Positions 48,534 to 58,240 of a stretch of DNA of 64,000 bases are shown here, piece after piece. The position numbers and the translations under genes are program-made. The notes below the pieces were generated by a model, which saw nothing but the letters and a program-made list of their open reading frames with translations, was not told where the DNA came from and searched no databases. The stretch lies in contig JAKEHY010000002.1 in the NCBI GenBank assembly GCA_022614805.1, positions 4,726 through 68,725 on the forward strand. Direction: 5' to 3'. Origin of the DNA: Candidatus Zixiibacteriota bacterium. Its GTDB lineage: Bacteria > Zixibacteria > MSB-5A5 > DSPP01. Within the stretch, counting starts at the first letter, position 1. Every line of letters starts with the position of its first letter.

Positions 48534-50075
48534 ATGAGAAGTGACCGATTTTTTGGGGGGATGCTTTTTTTTATTTTTCTTCTAACCGAGTCCGGACAGA
48601 CGGGGGGTTATGCCCTTCCGGGAGTGGGGGCACACGCCAACGGAATGGGGGGGGCCTTTCGGGCTCTGGCCGATGACTGGTCGGCGGCCTACTGGAACCC
48701 GGCCGGACTGGCCTTTCAGACCCGCTCGGAGTTTACGTTGGGTGGAATCCTCACCGCCAGCCGGGTAAAATATCTTCCCCGAACGGCCAACGGCGGCTAC
48801 AACCTCGGATTTGTTTCCGACAGCACCGAAGAACGCTATCCGTTCGACCGGACCGTCCCTTTCGGCACGGGCTCCCTTTTCTTGCGTTTTCCGCAACTCG
48901 GGCGGCTTAACGTGGGAGTTGCCGTTTTCACCCCCTATCATTCTTTTTCCGAGTGGGACCTGTTTTCCCTTCCCTATGAGTTTACTGGAGAGACGGAATC
49001 GCAGGTTCCCTTTCCTTTTCCCGAAAAAAACTTCAACTCAAACATCCGGGTGGTAGATGTTCACCCCACGGCGGCCCTCTCCCTTCTGGGAGGCAAGCTG
49101 GCTTTGGGTGCGGGCCTTTCGGTGGCCCGGGCGGATTGGAATTTTTCCCGGCCGGTCTTGCTCCCGATAGAAGAAAGTTTTCAGTCGTTCTTTGACCAGA
49201 GGGATTCCGCCCAGGCCGCCCAGGTGGACAGCGCCGAGCGGGTTTTCGAGAACAATCCAAACCTGATAAGCTATCCGCAGGAAAACGTGGTGACAATGGT
49301 GCGGCTGGGTTTGGGGCAATGGGGAGTGGGGGGAAATTTGGGCCTGCTTTTTAAGCCCACGGAGAAACTTTCCATCGGGCTCTCCTACCGGTCCCCTATA
49401 CGGTTCAAGCTTAAAGGAGACTACCACCAACAGTTTTATTTTCCCTTCAACGAGTCCAAGTTAAATTATTTTCCCACCAGCGACCAGACTTTGGACGGAT
49501 TTCGCTTCATCTTCAGCGGGCAGGGAAAAGACCTTTTTATCGGTTCCAACGCCACCCGGTTCACCTTGGAACTTCCGCAGGATTTTGGGGCCGGCCTGGC
49601 GTTCTCTCCGAGCGAGCACTGGACGGTTGCGGCCGATTTTAGCTGGTTTAACTGGAAGGTGATGGACAGCATACCGGTTACCTTTGAGGATACCTCGCAG
49701 GTCTCGAAACTGGGATATCCGACCTTTAGGTTCGGCTGGAAAAACACGATTCGCGTCTCGGCGGGGGCCCGGTATAATTTCAAAGACCGCTGGGTCTTCC
49801 GGGTGGGCTGGTTCTTCGACCAGTCCCCCATACCGGATTCCTCCTTCAACCCCCTTTTTTTGGACGTGGGGGACAAACATTCCTTTAATCTTGGAGTGGC
49901 TTATTTGATAGGGAGATGGGAGATGAACTATAATTTTGAGCTTTTGGCTGCTCAAAAGAGAGATTTTTCCCAACTTACCGGACTTTATGTCAACCTGCCG
50001 GGGGTTTACAAGGATACCCGCTTTACCTCTTCCGCCTCGGTGACCTATCGCTTCGACATTCAATCTGGGAAGTAG
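48534..50075 (+). CDS. Outer-membrane long-chain fatty acid/hydrophobic compound transporter (FadL/TodX/OmpP1 family)
   Basis: Signal peptide; N-terminal hatch motif PGVGAHANGMGGAFRALADDWSAAYWNPAGLAF; C-terminal aromatic-rich beta-barrel ending in F (…TYRFDIQSGK). Confidence 0.85.
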   Translation: MRSDRFFGGMLFFIFLLTESGQTGGYALPGVGAHANGMGGAFRALADDWSAAYWNPAGLAFQTRSEFTLGGILTASRVKYLPRTANGGYNLGFVSDSTEERYPFDRTVPFGTGSLFLRFPQLGRLNVGVAVFTPYHSFSEWDLFSLPYEFTGETESQVPFPFPEKNFNSNIRVVDVHPTAALSLLGGKLALGAGLSVARADWNFSRPVLLPIEESFQSFFDQRDSAQAAQVDSAERVFENNPNLISYPQENVVTMVRLGLGQWGVGGNLGLLFKPTEKLSIGLSYRSPIRFKLKGDYHQQFYFPFNESKLNYFPTSDQTLDGFRFIFSGQGKDLFIGSNATRFTLELPQDFGAGLAFSPSEHWTVAADFSWFNWKVMDSIPVTFEDTSQVSKLGYPTFRFGWKNTIRVSAGARYNFKDRWVFRVGWFFDQSPIPDSSFNPLFLDVGDKHSFNLGVAYLIGRWEMNYNFELLAAQKRDFSQLTGLYVNLPGVYKDTRFTSSASVTYRFDIQSGK

Positions 50076-50083
50076 GAGAACAA

Positions 50084-51448
50084 ATGAAAATGCGTCGGGT
50101 TAACTTTATTCTTCTGGCCTTATGTTTGGGAACGCTGACTTTAGCCGGCTGCAGCAAAAGAAAAAACCCGGCCAAGCCGGGTTTGCCTCCCCAGGGGCAG
50201 GTGGAGGAGCAGCCGTCGGTTCCGTTCGAGGGAACTCTGGATTTGGCCCACAATGCGCTCATTTTAAACGGCCTTCGCCCGGATCCGGACCAGCGGCGGA
50301 TTCGACTTTATCTACCTCCTGGCTACCAACGCCGAGGGAGCGGTCGTCCTTTCCCCACTCTTTATCTGTTGCATGATTTTGGGCTCTATCCGGACCTAAA
50401 AGGCCAACCGGCTTGGAACCAGGGATATTTTAACCTTTATGAACTGGCCTCAATCATGGACCGGCTGATTGCCTCCGGTGAGATTCAACCGATGATTGTG
50501 GTGCAGGTCGACTTGGCCAATTACTTTTACGGCGGCAGCTTCTATACCAATTCCACCTCGGCGGCCCGCTACTTTACGGCGGTCGACAGTTTTCTGGTTC
50601 ACTATGTGGACAGTTTCTATAATACGGTTTTCGGCCGTCGTTCCCGGGCGGTTTCGGGGCATGGGATGGGGGGATACGGGGCTTTGAAGATGGTTTTAAT
50701 GGGAAATGACACCACCTTCGGTTCGGTTTCCGTTTTGGGCGCCCCTTTAGCCTTTGGCGACTCTGGAACAACGGGAAAAGGATTTCAAAGCCCGGCTTAC
50801 ATCAATGCCCTTTTTACGGAAAACGGGATAACGCCGGGCGACTCGATCCGCTTCCGCAGCGATACCGTTCTTTTCCCAAGCCCTTTGCATACCACCAAGT
50901 TGAAGACGAACCTTCTTTTTGCCATGGGGGCGTCTTTTTCTCCGGCGGATACCACTTTTCGTGATTCCATTGATACTCAACCTCCTAAAAATGGCCCCGG
51001 GCGCGAAGCACTCTTAGCCCGATACCCGACTTACTTTCAATTCTCCAAAAGTACGCATGACCCCGGTTTCTTTTTTCCCTTTGACTGGAATGGAGTGGTT
51101 ATCGAGTCGGTCTGGAACCGCTGGATTGACCACGATATCAAGCGGATGCTCGCCAACCCGGCCCGGGCCGGTCGGCTGGACTCCACGCCGCTTTACCTTT
51201 CCTGCGGGTTGCAGGATGAGCTGGGGATGCTGGAGCAGAACCGGGACTTTTATCAACGACTTTTGGCCGTGCGGGGAGCTTCCAAACAGGCAGCAAACTT
51301 TATTGGAATGGGGCGCGACCAGTTTTACTACGAAGAGTATTCCGGCTACCCGGGCCGGCCGGCGGGACATTCGACTTTCATAGCCGACCAGTTGGTGAAG
51401 GTGCTAAAGTTTCATACCCAATTTTTGGATACGGCCAGCGTGCCGTAA
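50084..51448 (+). CDS. Lipoprotein, esterase-family alpha/beta hydrolase (PF00756-like)
   Basis: Lipobox LTLAGCS; esterase-D/enterochelin-esterase-like GHGMGGYGA nucleophile elbow. Confidence 0.65.
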   Translation: MKMRRVNFILLALCLGTLTLAGCSKRKNPAKPGLPPQGQVEEQPSVPFEGTLDLAHNALILNGLRPDPDQRRIRLYLPPGYQRRGSGRPFPTLYLLHDFGLYPDLKGQPAWNQGYFNLYELASIMDRLIASGEIQPMIVVQVDLANYFYGGSFYTNSTSAARYFTAVDSFLVHYVDSFYNTVFGRRSRAVSGHGMGGYGALKMVLMGNDTTFGSVSVLGAPLAFGDSGTTGKGFQSPAYINALFTENGITPGDSIRFRSDTVLFPSPLHTTKLKTNLLFAMGASFSPADTTFRDSIDTQPPKNGPGREALLARYPTYFQFSKSTHDPGFFFPFDWNGVVIESVWNRWIDHDIKRMLANPARAGRLDSTPLYLSCGLQDELGMLEQNRDFYQRLLAVRGASKQAANFIGMGRDQFYYEEYSGYPGRPAGHSTFIADQLVKVLKFHTQFLDTASVP

Positions 51449-51496
51449 GGTGGATTTTTCTGTTGTGAAAAAGCTCCGGCGACCGCCGGAGCTTTT

Positions 51497-52543
51497 TTAT
51501 GGCCCGCCTGAAAATTCTTCTTGTTCGGATAAAATGGCCGCCAACATACCGGCAATTTTTTGGTGAGCAGCGGCCGACGGGTGGATGAAATCGTCCGGCA
51601 GGTTTTGCCAGACGGAAAGCTCGCCGGACAGGGCCGAATCGGCATCCACCAGAGGGATGTGATGGACCGATGCGAGTTTTCTTATTTCCGCGGCGTACGT
51701 TCGGAACGGTTCGTAGAAGGACTCGCGGTACCGTTTCTCCTGGCCGCCCATCCATTCGGGTTTTGGAGCGGGAGGCAGAATCAAAATCGGCTGGATGTCG
51801 TGGCTGCGGCTGCGTTCCAACATTTCCTCAAAGTTAGCCCGATACTCCTTTTGGGGTACCCGCGGAAGGCCGGAAGTTTTGGCCGGGGAGGAGAAAATCC
51901 GCAAAGAAAAATAGCGTCCCCAGCGGCAGGCCGCCAAACGCGCCAGAAAGTTCTGGAGGGCCAGCACCCTTTGCGGCGGCATTTTCTGCTCGGAGTCGGC
52001 AACGCCGTTGGCCGCCGGCAACAAATCGTTCCAGATGTAGGCGACACTTACCACCTGCGGCCGGTATTTTTGCAGAAGTTCGTTCAAAAGCCGTTTTCCC
52101 TGAAAGGTGGTGTAACCGGTCTGGGCGCAGTTGTAAACCTCGTAACGGTCCGGCAGGAGTTTTTGCAAGACTTGCGGGTAGGCGCGTTCTTCCGCGACCT
52201 GCCAGCCGAAGGTGATGGAATTCCCTAGACAAAGAATCCTCCTTTTGCTTGAAGGTCGATTTTCGGAAAATTCCCGGTCACGGAAACCTCCCGAGTTGGT
52301 TCGGTAGCTTCCAGCCACGACAAAATCGCTTTTGATATTCTGGTTGGGGCGCAACCGCCAGAAAAGATTTTTGTCTTTTAGGTAAAATTTGGGGAAATCC
52401 ATCTCCGGATTGTAAATGAGCCGGAAGCTTGGCGGGCGGGGGGGTTCGGGCAACAGCCGAAAGAAAAGCTCGGCGACTGAAAGCGAGAAAAATACCAGCA
52501 AAATCGAGAAAAGGATTTTCTTTCTCGGAGTCAGGTCTGCCAC
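51497..52543 (-). CDS. SGNH/GDSL-type hydrolase with N-terminal membrane anchor
   Basis: ILCLGNSITFGW block I (GDS-like); N-terminal TM; GTG start. Confidence 0.7.
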   Translation of the reverse strand: MADLTPRKKILFSILLVFFSLSVAELFFRLLPEPPRPPSFRLIYNPEMDFPKFYLKDKNLFWRLRPNQNIKSDFVVAGSYRTNSGGFRDREFSENRPSSKRRILCLGNSITFGWQVAEERAYPQVLQKLLPDRYEVYNCAQTGYTTFQGKRLLNELLQKYRPQVVSVAYIWNDLLPAANGVADSEQKMPPQRVLALQNFLARLAACRWGRYFSLRIFSSPAKTSGLPRVPQKEYRANFEEMLERSRSHDIQPILILPPAPKPEWMGGQEKRYRESFYEPFRTYAAEIRKLASVHHIPLVDADSALSGELSVWQNLPDDFIHPSAAAHQKIAGMLAAILSEQEEFSGGP

Positions 52544-52720
52544 TTAGAAAAGGGAATAAATGAACGGCGCCAAAACCGAGCTTTCCGCAAAGAGAATGAA
52601 AAGGGAAAGCAGAGCCAGAAAGGCCATCACCGGAAACAGCCACAGCTTTTTTTCGGTGCGGGCAAAAAACCACAACTCCTTCAAAATTTGTAAACGGTGC
52701 GTGTAATCTTTGAACGCCAT
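52544..52720 (-). CDS. DUF5989 (SxtK-like) small membrane protein, 58 aa, missed by the ORF track because it is under 60 aa
   Basis: Translation MAFKDYTHRLQILKELWFFARTEKKLWLFPVMAFLALLSLFILFAESSVLAPFIYSLF matches the DUF5989 pattern (…KKxWLLP…SALAPFIYTLF); sits immediately after the carbamoyltransferase. Confidence 0.6.
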   Translation of the reverse strand: MAFKDYTHRLQILKELWFFARTEKKLWLFPVMAFLALLSLFILFAESSVLAPFIYSLF

Positions 52721-52722
52721 TT

Positions 52723-54456
52723 TTAATCCGGTTCCAGAACCCGCTCGGAGGCGGCTTTCACCTCCGAAGTTTTCATTTCCATCTTGTCTAAAAGAAAGGG
52801 GGCTAAAACGAGGTAGTCAAGCCCGGAGGAAAGGAAGGTGCGATAGGCATCCTCCGGCGAAGAGACAATCGGCTCCCCCCGGAGATTGAAGGAGGTGTTA
52901 AGCAAAACGGGGCAGCCGGTTTTTTTCTCGAACCCGGCAATCATATCGTAGAAAAGCGGGTTTTGCTCCCTCCGAACGGTCTGCAGCCGGGCTGTGCCGT
53001 CCACGTGCGTTACGGCCGGAAGGTCGAAGTTTTTCACTGGCGCCGTCAAGAGCATATAGGGAGATTCACCGGCGAGGTCGAAGTGGTTCCGGCATTTTTC
53101 GTAGAGCACAGATGGAGCGAAGGGGCGGAAACTTTCCCGGAACTTAATTTTGGCGTTGACGGTATCCTTCATCTCGGCCCGGCGCGGGTCGGCCAGAATG
53201 GAGCGGTTCCCCAAAGCCCGCGGGCCGAACTCTTCCCTCCCGGCAAACCAGCCGAGAACTTTGCCTTCCGCCAAAAGGGAGGCCGTTTTGGAAAGCAGGT
53301 CGGCTTTTTCATATTTGACCGCCCGAGCGTTTTTTTGCGCCAGAAACTTCTCCACATCCCGGGCGGAGTATTCCGGTCCCCAGAAAGCGTGTGACCAGAG
53401 GAAGCGGCGGGGCTTTTTTAAGAAAAGATTCCAGACGGCAAAGGCGGTACCGATCGCCCCGCCGGCGTCCCCCGCGGCCGGCTGGATGAAAAGCCGCTCG
53501 AAACCGGCCTCGTCCAAAATTTTCCGGTTGGAGACGCAATTGAGCGCCACCCCCCCGGCCATACAAAGATTTTTCTGTTTGGTTTTCTTCCGCACCGAGC
53601 GGGCCAGACGCACCATTATCAAATCGGTCACCTTTTGCAGGGAGGCGGCCAGGTTTTTGTGAAAATCTTCGATGGGTTCTTCCGGTCGGCGCACCGGACG
53701 GCCGAAAAGCTTTCCGAACTTTCGGTTGGTCATCGTCAGGCCATAGGGATAGGCGAAGTAATCGAGATTCAGCCGGAAGGTTCCATCCTCTTTCACGTCG
53801 ATAAGTTTTTTCAGAATGAAATCGTAATACTCCGGCTGGCCGTAGGGGGCCAGGCCCATCACCTTGTATTCGGCGGAGTTGACCTTGAAACCGAGGTAGT
53901 AGGTAAAGGCGGAATAAAAAAGCCCCAACGAATGGGGGAAGTCAAGTTCTCCCAAAATTTCAATTTCGTTTCCTTTGCCGATTCCGTAGGTAGTCGTGGC
54001 CCACTCGCCGACGGCATCCGCCGTCAAAATGGCCGCCTCGTCAAAGCCGGATACCAGAAACGAAGAAGCGGCGTGGGAGATATGATGTTCGGAAAAAAGA
54101 ATTTCCCCGTTATAGTCGAGTTTCTTTTTGATCAGCTCCTTCATCCAAAGCTTTTCCTTCAGCCAGACCGGCATAGCCAGCATAAAAGCACGCAAGGAAC
54201 GGGGAAATGTAGTCGCATGGGCGGTGACGATGCGGTCGAATTTGAGCAGGGGCTTTTCGTAAAAGGCGACGCAGCTCAAATTCTTGGCCGTGATTCCGGC
54301 GAAGTTCAGGCAAAAGCGGGCGGCGTTTTCCGGAAAACCGGGGTCGTGCTTTTTGCGGGTGAAGCGCTCCTCCTGTGCGGCGGCGATCAGTTCACCGTCC
54401 ATGATTAAAGCGGCGGCCGAGTCGTGGTAAAAGCAGGAAAGACCCAAAATGTACAT
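52723..54456 (-). CDS. Carbamoyltransferase (NodU/CmcH/SxtI family)
   Basis: 577 aa; MYILGLSCFYHDSAAALIMDGELIAAAQEERFTRKKHD N-terminal Kae1/YgjD-like fold and C-terminal carbamoyltransferase domain. Confidence 0.9.
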   Translation of the reverse strand: MYILGLSCFYHDSAAALIMDGELIAAAQEERFTRKKHDPGFPENAARFCLNFAGITAKNLSCVAFYEKPLLKFDRIVTAHATTFPRSLRAFMLAMPVWLKEKLWMKELIKKKLDYNGEILFSEHHISHAASSFLVSGFDEAAILTADAVGEWATTTYGIGKGNEIEILGELDFPHSLGLFYSAFTYYLGFKVNSAEYKVMGLAPYGQPEYYDFILKKLIDVKEDGTFRLNLDYFAYPYGLTMTNRKFGKLFGRPVRRPEEPIEDFHKNLAASLQKVTDLIMVRLARSVRKKTKQKNLCMAGGVALNCVSNRKILDEAGFERLFIQPAAGDAGGAIGTAFAVWNLFLKKPRRFLWSHAFWGPEYSARDVEKFLAQKNARAVKYEKADLLSKTASLLAEGKVLGWFAGREEFGPRALGNRSILADPRRAEMKDTVNAKIKFRESFRPFAPSVLYEKCRNHFDLAGESPYMLLTAPVKNFDLPAVTHVDGTARLQTVRREQNPLFYDMIAGFEKKTGCPVLLNTSFNLRGEPIVSSPEDAYRTFLSSGLDYLVLAPFLLDKMEMKTSEVKAASERVLEPD

Positions 54457-54689
54457 TAGAACTGCCTTTTAAGGCTTTCTGGTTCGGGAACATCGGTGCG
54501 GCTTTTCCAAAACGAATCGGCCTTCGATTTCCGCTTTCCCAAAGGGTCTTTGAAAGTCAAAATTATGTAAAGCTTCAAAAGCCCCATTCCAATCAAATAG
54601 AAAAGCAGCAAAATCAGCCCCGCCTGCAGTTTTCCCAAATACCGCGGCCCCTTCCAAAAGCCGGCCTTCAGCCGTTCAACGAGATTCAT
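54456..54689 (-). CDS. Small membrane protein upstream of the carbamoyltransferase (SxtJ-like?)
   Basis: 77 aa, one hydrophobic helix (LILLLFYLIGMGLLKLYIIL); TAATG coupling to the carbamoyltransferase. Confidence 0.45.
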   Translation of the reverse strand: MNLVERLKAGFWKGPRYLGKLQAGLILLLFYLIGMGLLKLYIILTFKDPLGKRKSKADSFWKSRTDVPEPESLKRQF

Positions 54690-54782
54690 ACGGGAAAGTT
54701 AAGCAAAAAAAGAGAGGCGGAAAACAAGAAAACAGAATTTGCTCTTGAACAAGAAGAAGAAAATCTTTGACTTATAAAAAAT

Positions 54783-54798
54783 GTTTCACGTGAAACAA
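54783..54798. promoter_or_regulatory. Second copy of the palindrome TGTTTCACGTGAAACA(A) in a divergent promoter region
   Basis: 17 of 18 identity with 2768-2785; lies between the carbamoyltransferase operon (-) and lepA (+). Confidence 0.4.
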
Positions 54799-54938
54799 TT
54801 TTTCCGGATTACAAAAAGGCAACTGAAACGGCTTAATTCTTGAATGACATTTTGGACCAGCAACCTCTAGCATATTTTCGAATAGCTGACGAAGTAGTTA
54901 TATTGGGGGTTCGGCAATGTTTGCCATGGAGATATAAA

Positions 54939-56732
54939 ATGAAGAGAATTCGCAACTTTTCGATAATTGCCCATATCGACCACGGCAAGTCCACCCTGGC
55001 GGACCGGCTTTTGGAGGCGACTCATACCCTCGAAGCGCGGGAGATGAAGGAACAGGTGCTGGACAATATGGACCTGGAGCGGGAGCGGGGGATTACCATC
55101 AAGGCCCACGCCGTCAAGATGAGCTACCCGGCCAAGGACGGCCAGACCTACATCCTCAATTTAATCGACACCCCCGGCCACGTCGATTTCACCTACGAGG
55201 TTTCCCGCTCGCTGGCTTCCTGCGAGGGGGCGATTTTGGTGGTGGATGCCTCGCAGGGAATCGAGGCGCAGACCCTTTCCAACCTCTTTCTGGCGCTGGA
55301 CAACAATCTGACCATCGTGCCGGTGGTGAACAAAATCGATTTGCCCGGCGCGCAGGTGGAAGAAACCGTTCACCAGCTCTCCGAACTTCTGGGCGTCCAA
55401 AAAGAAGAAGTGCTTCTGGCTTCGGCCAAGATGGGAACGGGGATCGAAGAAATTCTTGAGGCGCTGGTCCAGCGCGTGCCGCCGCCGAAAGAAGCGGATG
55501 ACAAACCGCTGCGGGCTTTGATTTTCGATTCGGTTTTCGACTCCTACCGCGGGGCGATTGCCTACGTCAGGATTTTCGAGGGGAAAGTCAAAAAAGGGGA
55601 CTGGATCAAGTTTTTCTCCCACGAGCAGAGCTACGAAGTGGACGAAGTCGGCTACCTGAAATTGAAAATGTATCCGGCGGAGGAAATTTCCTCCGGCGAG
55701 GTGGGATACATCATCGCCAACGTCAAGCGGGTGGCGGATACCCGCGTCGGCGATACGATTACCCTCGCGCATAACCCCGCGGCGGAGCCGTTGCCCGGCT
55801 TCAAGCACGTCAAGCCGATGGTTTTTGCCGGGCTGTATCCCTCCAATTCCGAAAATTACGAGGAACTGCGGGATGCGATGGAAAAGCTGGTGCTGAACGA
55901 TTCAGCTCTCGTTTACGAGCCGGAATCCTCCAACGCCTTGGGCTTCGGCTTCCGCTGCGGCTTTTTGGGGCTTTTGCATCTCGAAATTATGCAGGAGCGG
56001 CTCTCCCGCGAATACAATCTCTCCATCATTTCCACCGTCCCGAACGTGGAATACCGGGTGGTGAAAACCGACCGGCAGGTCGCGCTCGTTGACAATCCCG
56101 CCTTCCTGCCGCCGCCGGGGGAAATCGACCATATCGAGGAGCCGTTCGTGCTGGCTCACATCATCACCCCGGCCGAGTTCATCGGCAACGTGATGAAAAT
56201 TTGCATGGACCGGCGCGGGGTGTATCGCACCACCGAGTATCTGGACTCCAAGCGTGCCCGGCTGGTGTATGAACTGCCGCTGGCGGAAATCATCTTCGAT
56301 TTCTACGACAAGCTCAAGTCCACCACCAAGGGATACGCCTCGCTGGATTACGAGTTTTTGGAATACAAGGAAGAGCCGCTGGTCAAGCTGGACATCCTGC
56401 TCAATAGCGACCCGGTCGATGCCTTAAGCTCCATCGTGCATCGGGAAAAGGCCTACTTTTGGGGGCGGGAGCTGTGCGCCAAGCTGCGCCAGTTGATTCC
56501 GCGGCAGCTTTTTGAAGTGGTTATTCAGGCCGCCATCGGCAGCAAGGTGATTGCTCGCGAGACCGTCAAGCCCTTGCGCAAAAACGTAACCGCCAAATGC
56601 TACGGCGGGGACATCACCCGAAAGCGCAAGCTTTTGGAGCGCCAAAAGGAGGGGAAAAAGCGGATGAAGCAGGTCGGCACGGTGGAAATCCCGCAGGAGG
56701 CGTTTTTGGCGGTTCTGAAAGTGGAGCGGTAG
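54939..56732 (+). CDS. lepA: Elongation factor 4 (LepA)
   Basis: Start trimmed to the ATG at 54939 ([25 protein letters not shown]); GTPase G1-G4 and the LepA-specific C-terminal domain. Confidence 0.95.
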   Translation: MKRIRNFSIIAHIDHGKSTLADRLLEATHTLEAREMKEQVLDNMDLERERGITIKAHAVKMSYPAKDGQTYILNLIDTPGHVDFTYEVSRSLASCEGAILVVDASQGIEAQTLSNLFLALDNNLTIVPVVNKIDLPGAQVEETVHQLSELLGVQKEEVLLASAKMGTGIEEILEALVQRVPPPKEADDKPLRALIFDSVFDSYRGAIAYVRIFEGKVKKGDWIKFFSHEQSYEVDEVGYLKLKMYPAEEISSGEVGYIIANVKRVADTRVGDTITLAHNPAAEPLPGFKHVKPMVFAGLYPSNSENYEELRDAMEKLVLNDSALVYEPESSNALGFGFRCGFLGLLHLEIMQERLSREYNLSIISTVPNVEYRVVKTDRQVALVDNPAFLPPPGEIDHIEEPFVLAHIITPAEFIGNVMKICMDRRGVYRTTEYLDSKRARLVYELPLAEIIFDFYDKLKSTTKGYASLDYEFLEYKEEPLVKLDILLNSDPVDALSSIVHREKAYFWGRELCAKLRQLIPRQLFEVVIQAAIGSKVIARETVKPLRKNVTAKCYGGDITRKRKLLERQKEGKKRMKQVGTVEIPQEAFLAVLKVER

Positions 56733-56747
56733 GTTTTTTTCCTTTTA

Positions 56748-56776
56748 GGGTAGCCCGGAGCCCCTGCTCCGGGGTT
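56748..56776. repeat. REP-like element GGGTAGCCCGGAGCCCCTGCTCCGGGGTT (copy of 30257-30283)
   Basis: One mismatch relative to the other copy; overlaps the DoxX stop codon. Confidence 0.5.
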
Positions 56777-57188
56777 ATGCGACCGGGCTAATGCTGCGCC
56801 TTACATCCAGGGAGAGCGGCCCGGTGCCAAAGTAGGCAATGAGCAAGGCCCCGCCCAGCATCGTAACGTTTTTCATAAACATTATTTGTTGCATCTGCGC
56901 CGCCATCGGGTCGGCGAGACCCCAGAACTTGTGCATCATAACCGTCACCGGGACGATAAAGGCCGCCAAAAGCAAGGCGCCCCATCTGGCTTTATATCCC
57001 AAGGCAACGCTTAAACCTCCCAAAAGCGCCAAAACCCCGGAAAACGGAACGGCGATGGACGCAAGCGGCACCCCTTGGGAGGCGGCAAACCCAATGGTTG
57101 CTTTCGAAAAGTGACCCAATCCCGCAGTGATGAAAATCAATGAAAACAGAATCCTGCCCAACGGAACGATGTAGTTCATATTATTCAT
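56775..57188 (-). CDS. DoxX family membrane protein
   Basis: 137 aa, four TM helices, PLGRILFSLIFITAGLGHF start typical of DoxX. Confidence 0.75.
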   Translation of the reverse strand: MNNMNYIVPLGRILFSLIFITAGLGHFSKATIGFAASQGVPLASIAVPFSGVLALLGGLSVALGYKARWGALLLAAFIVPVTVMMHKFWGLADPMAAQMQQIMFMKNVTMLGGALLIAYFGTGPLSLDVRRSISPVA

Positions 57189-57230
57189 CTCCTTCTTTTT
57201 TCGGTTTCAATTTGTGGTCAAAAGCCCGTT

Positions 57231-58118
57231 CTAAAGCCCGGCAACGGCGTCGGTCCGGTTCGCCGGCGCGGCGGCGCTTCGCCGGGCCAGGCTGAGTGCG
57301 GCAAGAATGGTGATGAAGACCATGCCGTAGATCGTGGTCAGCACCGAGGTTTCATAGATGTCGCCGGTACGCCACGTCTGTCCCAGGGCGTCGGTCACGG
57401 TGGTGCGCTCGCCGGTCAGGAAGGCGATGATGAACGTTGCCGCGGTCGCGGCGTACAGCAACAGGGACTGCACGTGGGATGCGGTGGCTGGCTCGGGCAT
57501 CGGCGTCGGCTGTGCACCGTAGTAGCGCAGGTACAGCGCGAACAGTTGCAGAAACAAGAAGGTCGTCAGCGACCACCCGAGGAAGTTGACCAGGGGCACG
57601 CCGAAGAATCCGCCGCTGTTCTCCCAGATCCAGAGCTTCTGGATGGTGGCGCGGGTGGGATCCATCGACAGATCCCAGACGACCATGGCAAAGGACGCGA
57701 TCACGGATGTACCGATGGTGGTCAACCAACCCGAACCACGGCGGACCTCTCCGACCAGCAGTGTGGCGATCGTCCACGCCAGGTAGCCGGTGGCCACATA
57801 GAAAGGCCCGATCCACAGCGGGACCAGGAAGAGCTTGGGATCCTGGGTGTAGTGGTAGTTTCCAAACGGGAAGCCGGTGAGGATGCTGAGGTTTTCCAGG
57901 ATGTTGCTGACGACCAGCGTCACCGCGTAAAACGCGAGAATCGCGCGCCAACCGTACCGGCGAGAGCCGTGCAACAGCGTGAACACCGTTTGGGTGACAA
58001 TGAGCAAAGTGATGCCGATAAGGTAGGGAAGGAGGTGCCTGGACAGCAGCAGAACTAGGTTGAGGCTAGTAGCAATCCACAAGATGGTTGACCCTGATTG
58101 CCGGTGATTGGTGGCCAT
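57231..58118 (-). CDS. Polytopic membrane protein, DUF422/carotenoid-biosynthesis-protein-like
   Basis: Start trimmed to the ATG at 58118 with a GGAGGT RBS. About 8 TM helices; FGNYHYT and GVPLVNFLGW motifs. Family assignment tentative. Confidence 0.45.
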   Translation of the reverse strand: MATNHRQSGSTILWIATSLNLVLLLSRHLLPYLIGITLLIVTQTVFTLLHGSRRYGWRAILAFYAVTLVVSNILENLSILTGFPFGNYHYTQDPKLFLVPLWIGPFYVATGYLAWTIATLLVGEVRRGSGWLTTIGTSVIASFAMVVWDLSMDPTRATIQKLWIWENSGGFFGVPLVNFLGWSLTTFLFLQLFALYLRYYGAQPTPMPEPATASHVQSLLLYAATAATFIIAFLTGERTTVTDALGQTWRTGDIYETSVLTTIYGMVFITILAALSLARRSAAAPANRTDAVAGL

Positions 58119-58240
58119 GACTACCTCCGTATTCATCTATTGCCGTCCCTGCCTAACCATAGGTTCAATGCAACTCTATTCGCCCGATGGCGGCAGCGGG
58201 GCCGCTCCTTATGAAGTGCCCCGCCGCCAGTCGGTGTGGG

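Noticed and set aside
57352-58058. Overlapping 199-aa (-) and 194-aa (+) ORFs
   Set aside because: Alternative frames of the GC3-rich DUF422-like gene. The chosen frame alone gives a coherent polytopic membrane protein with an RBS-supported start.
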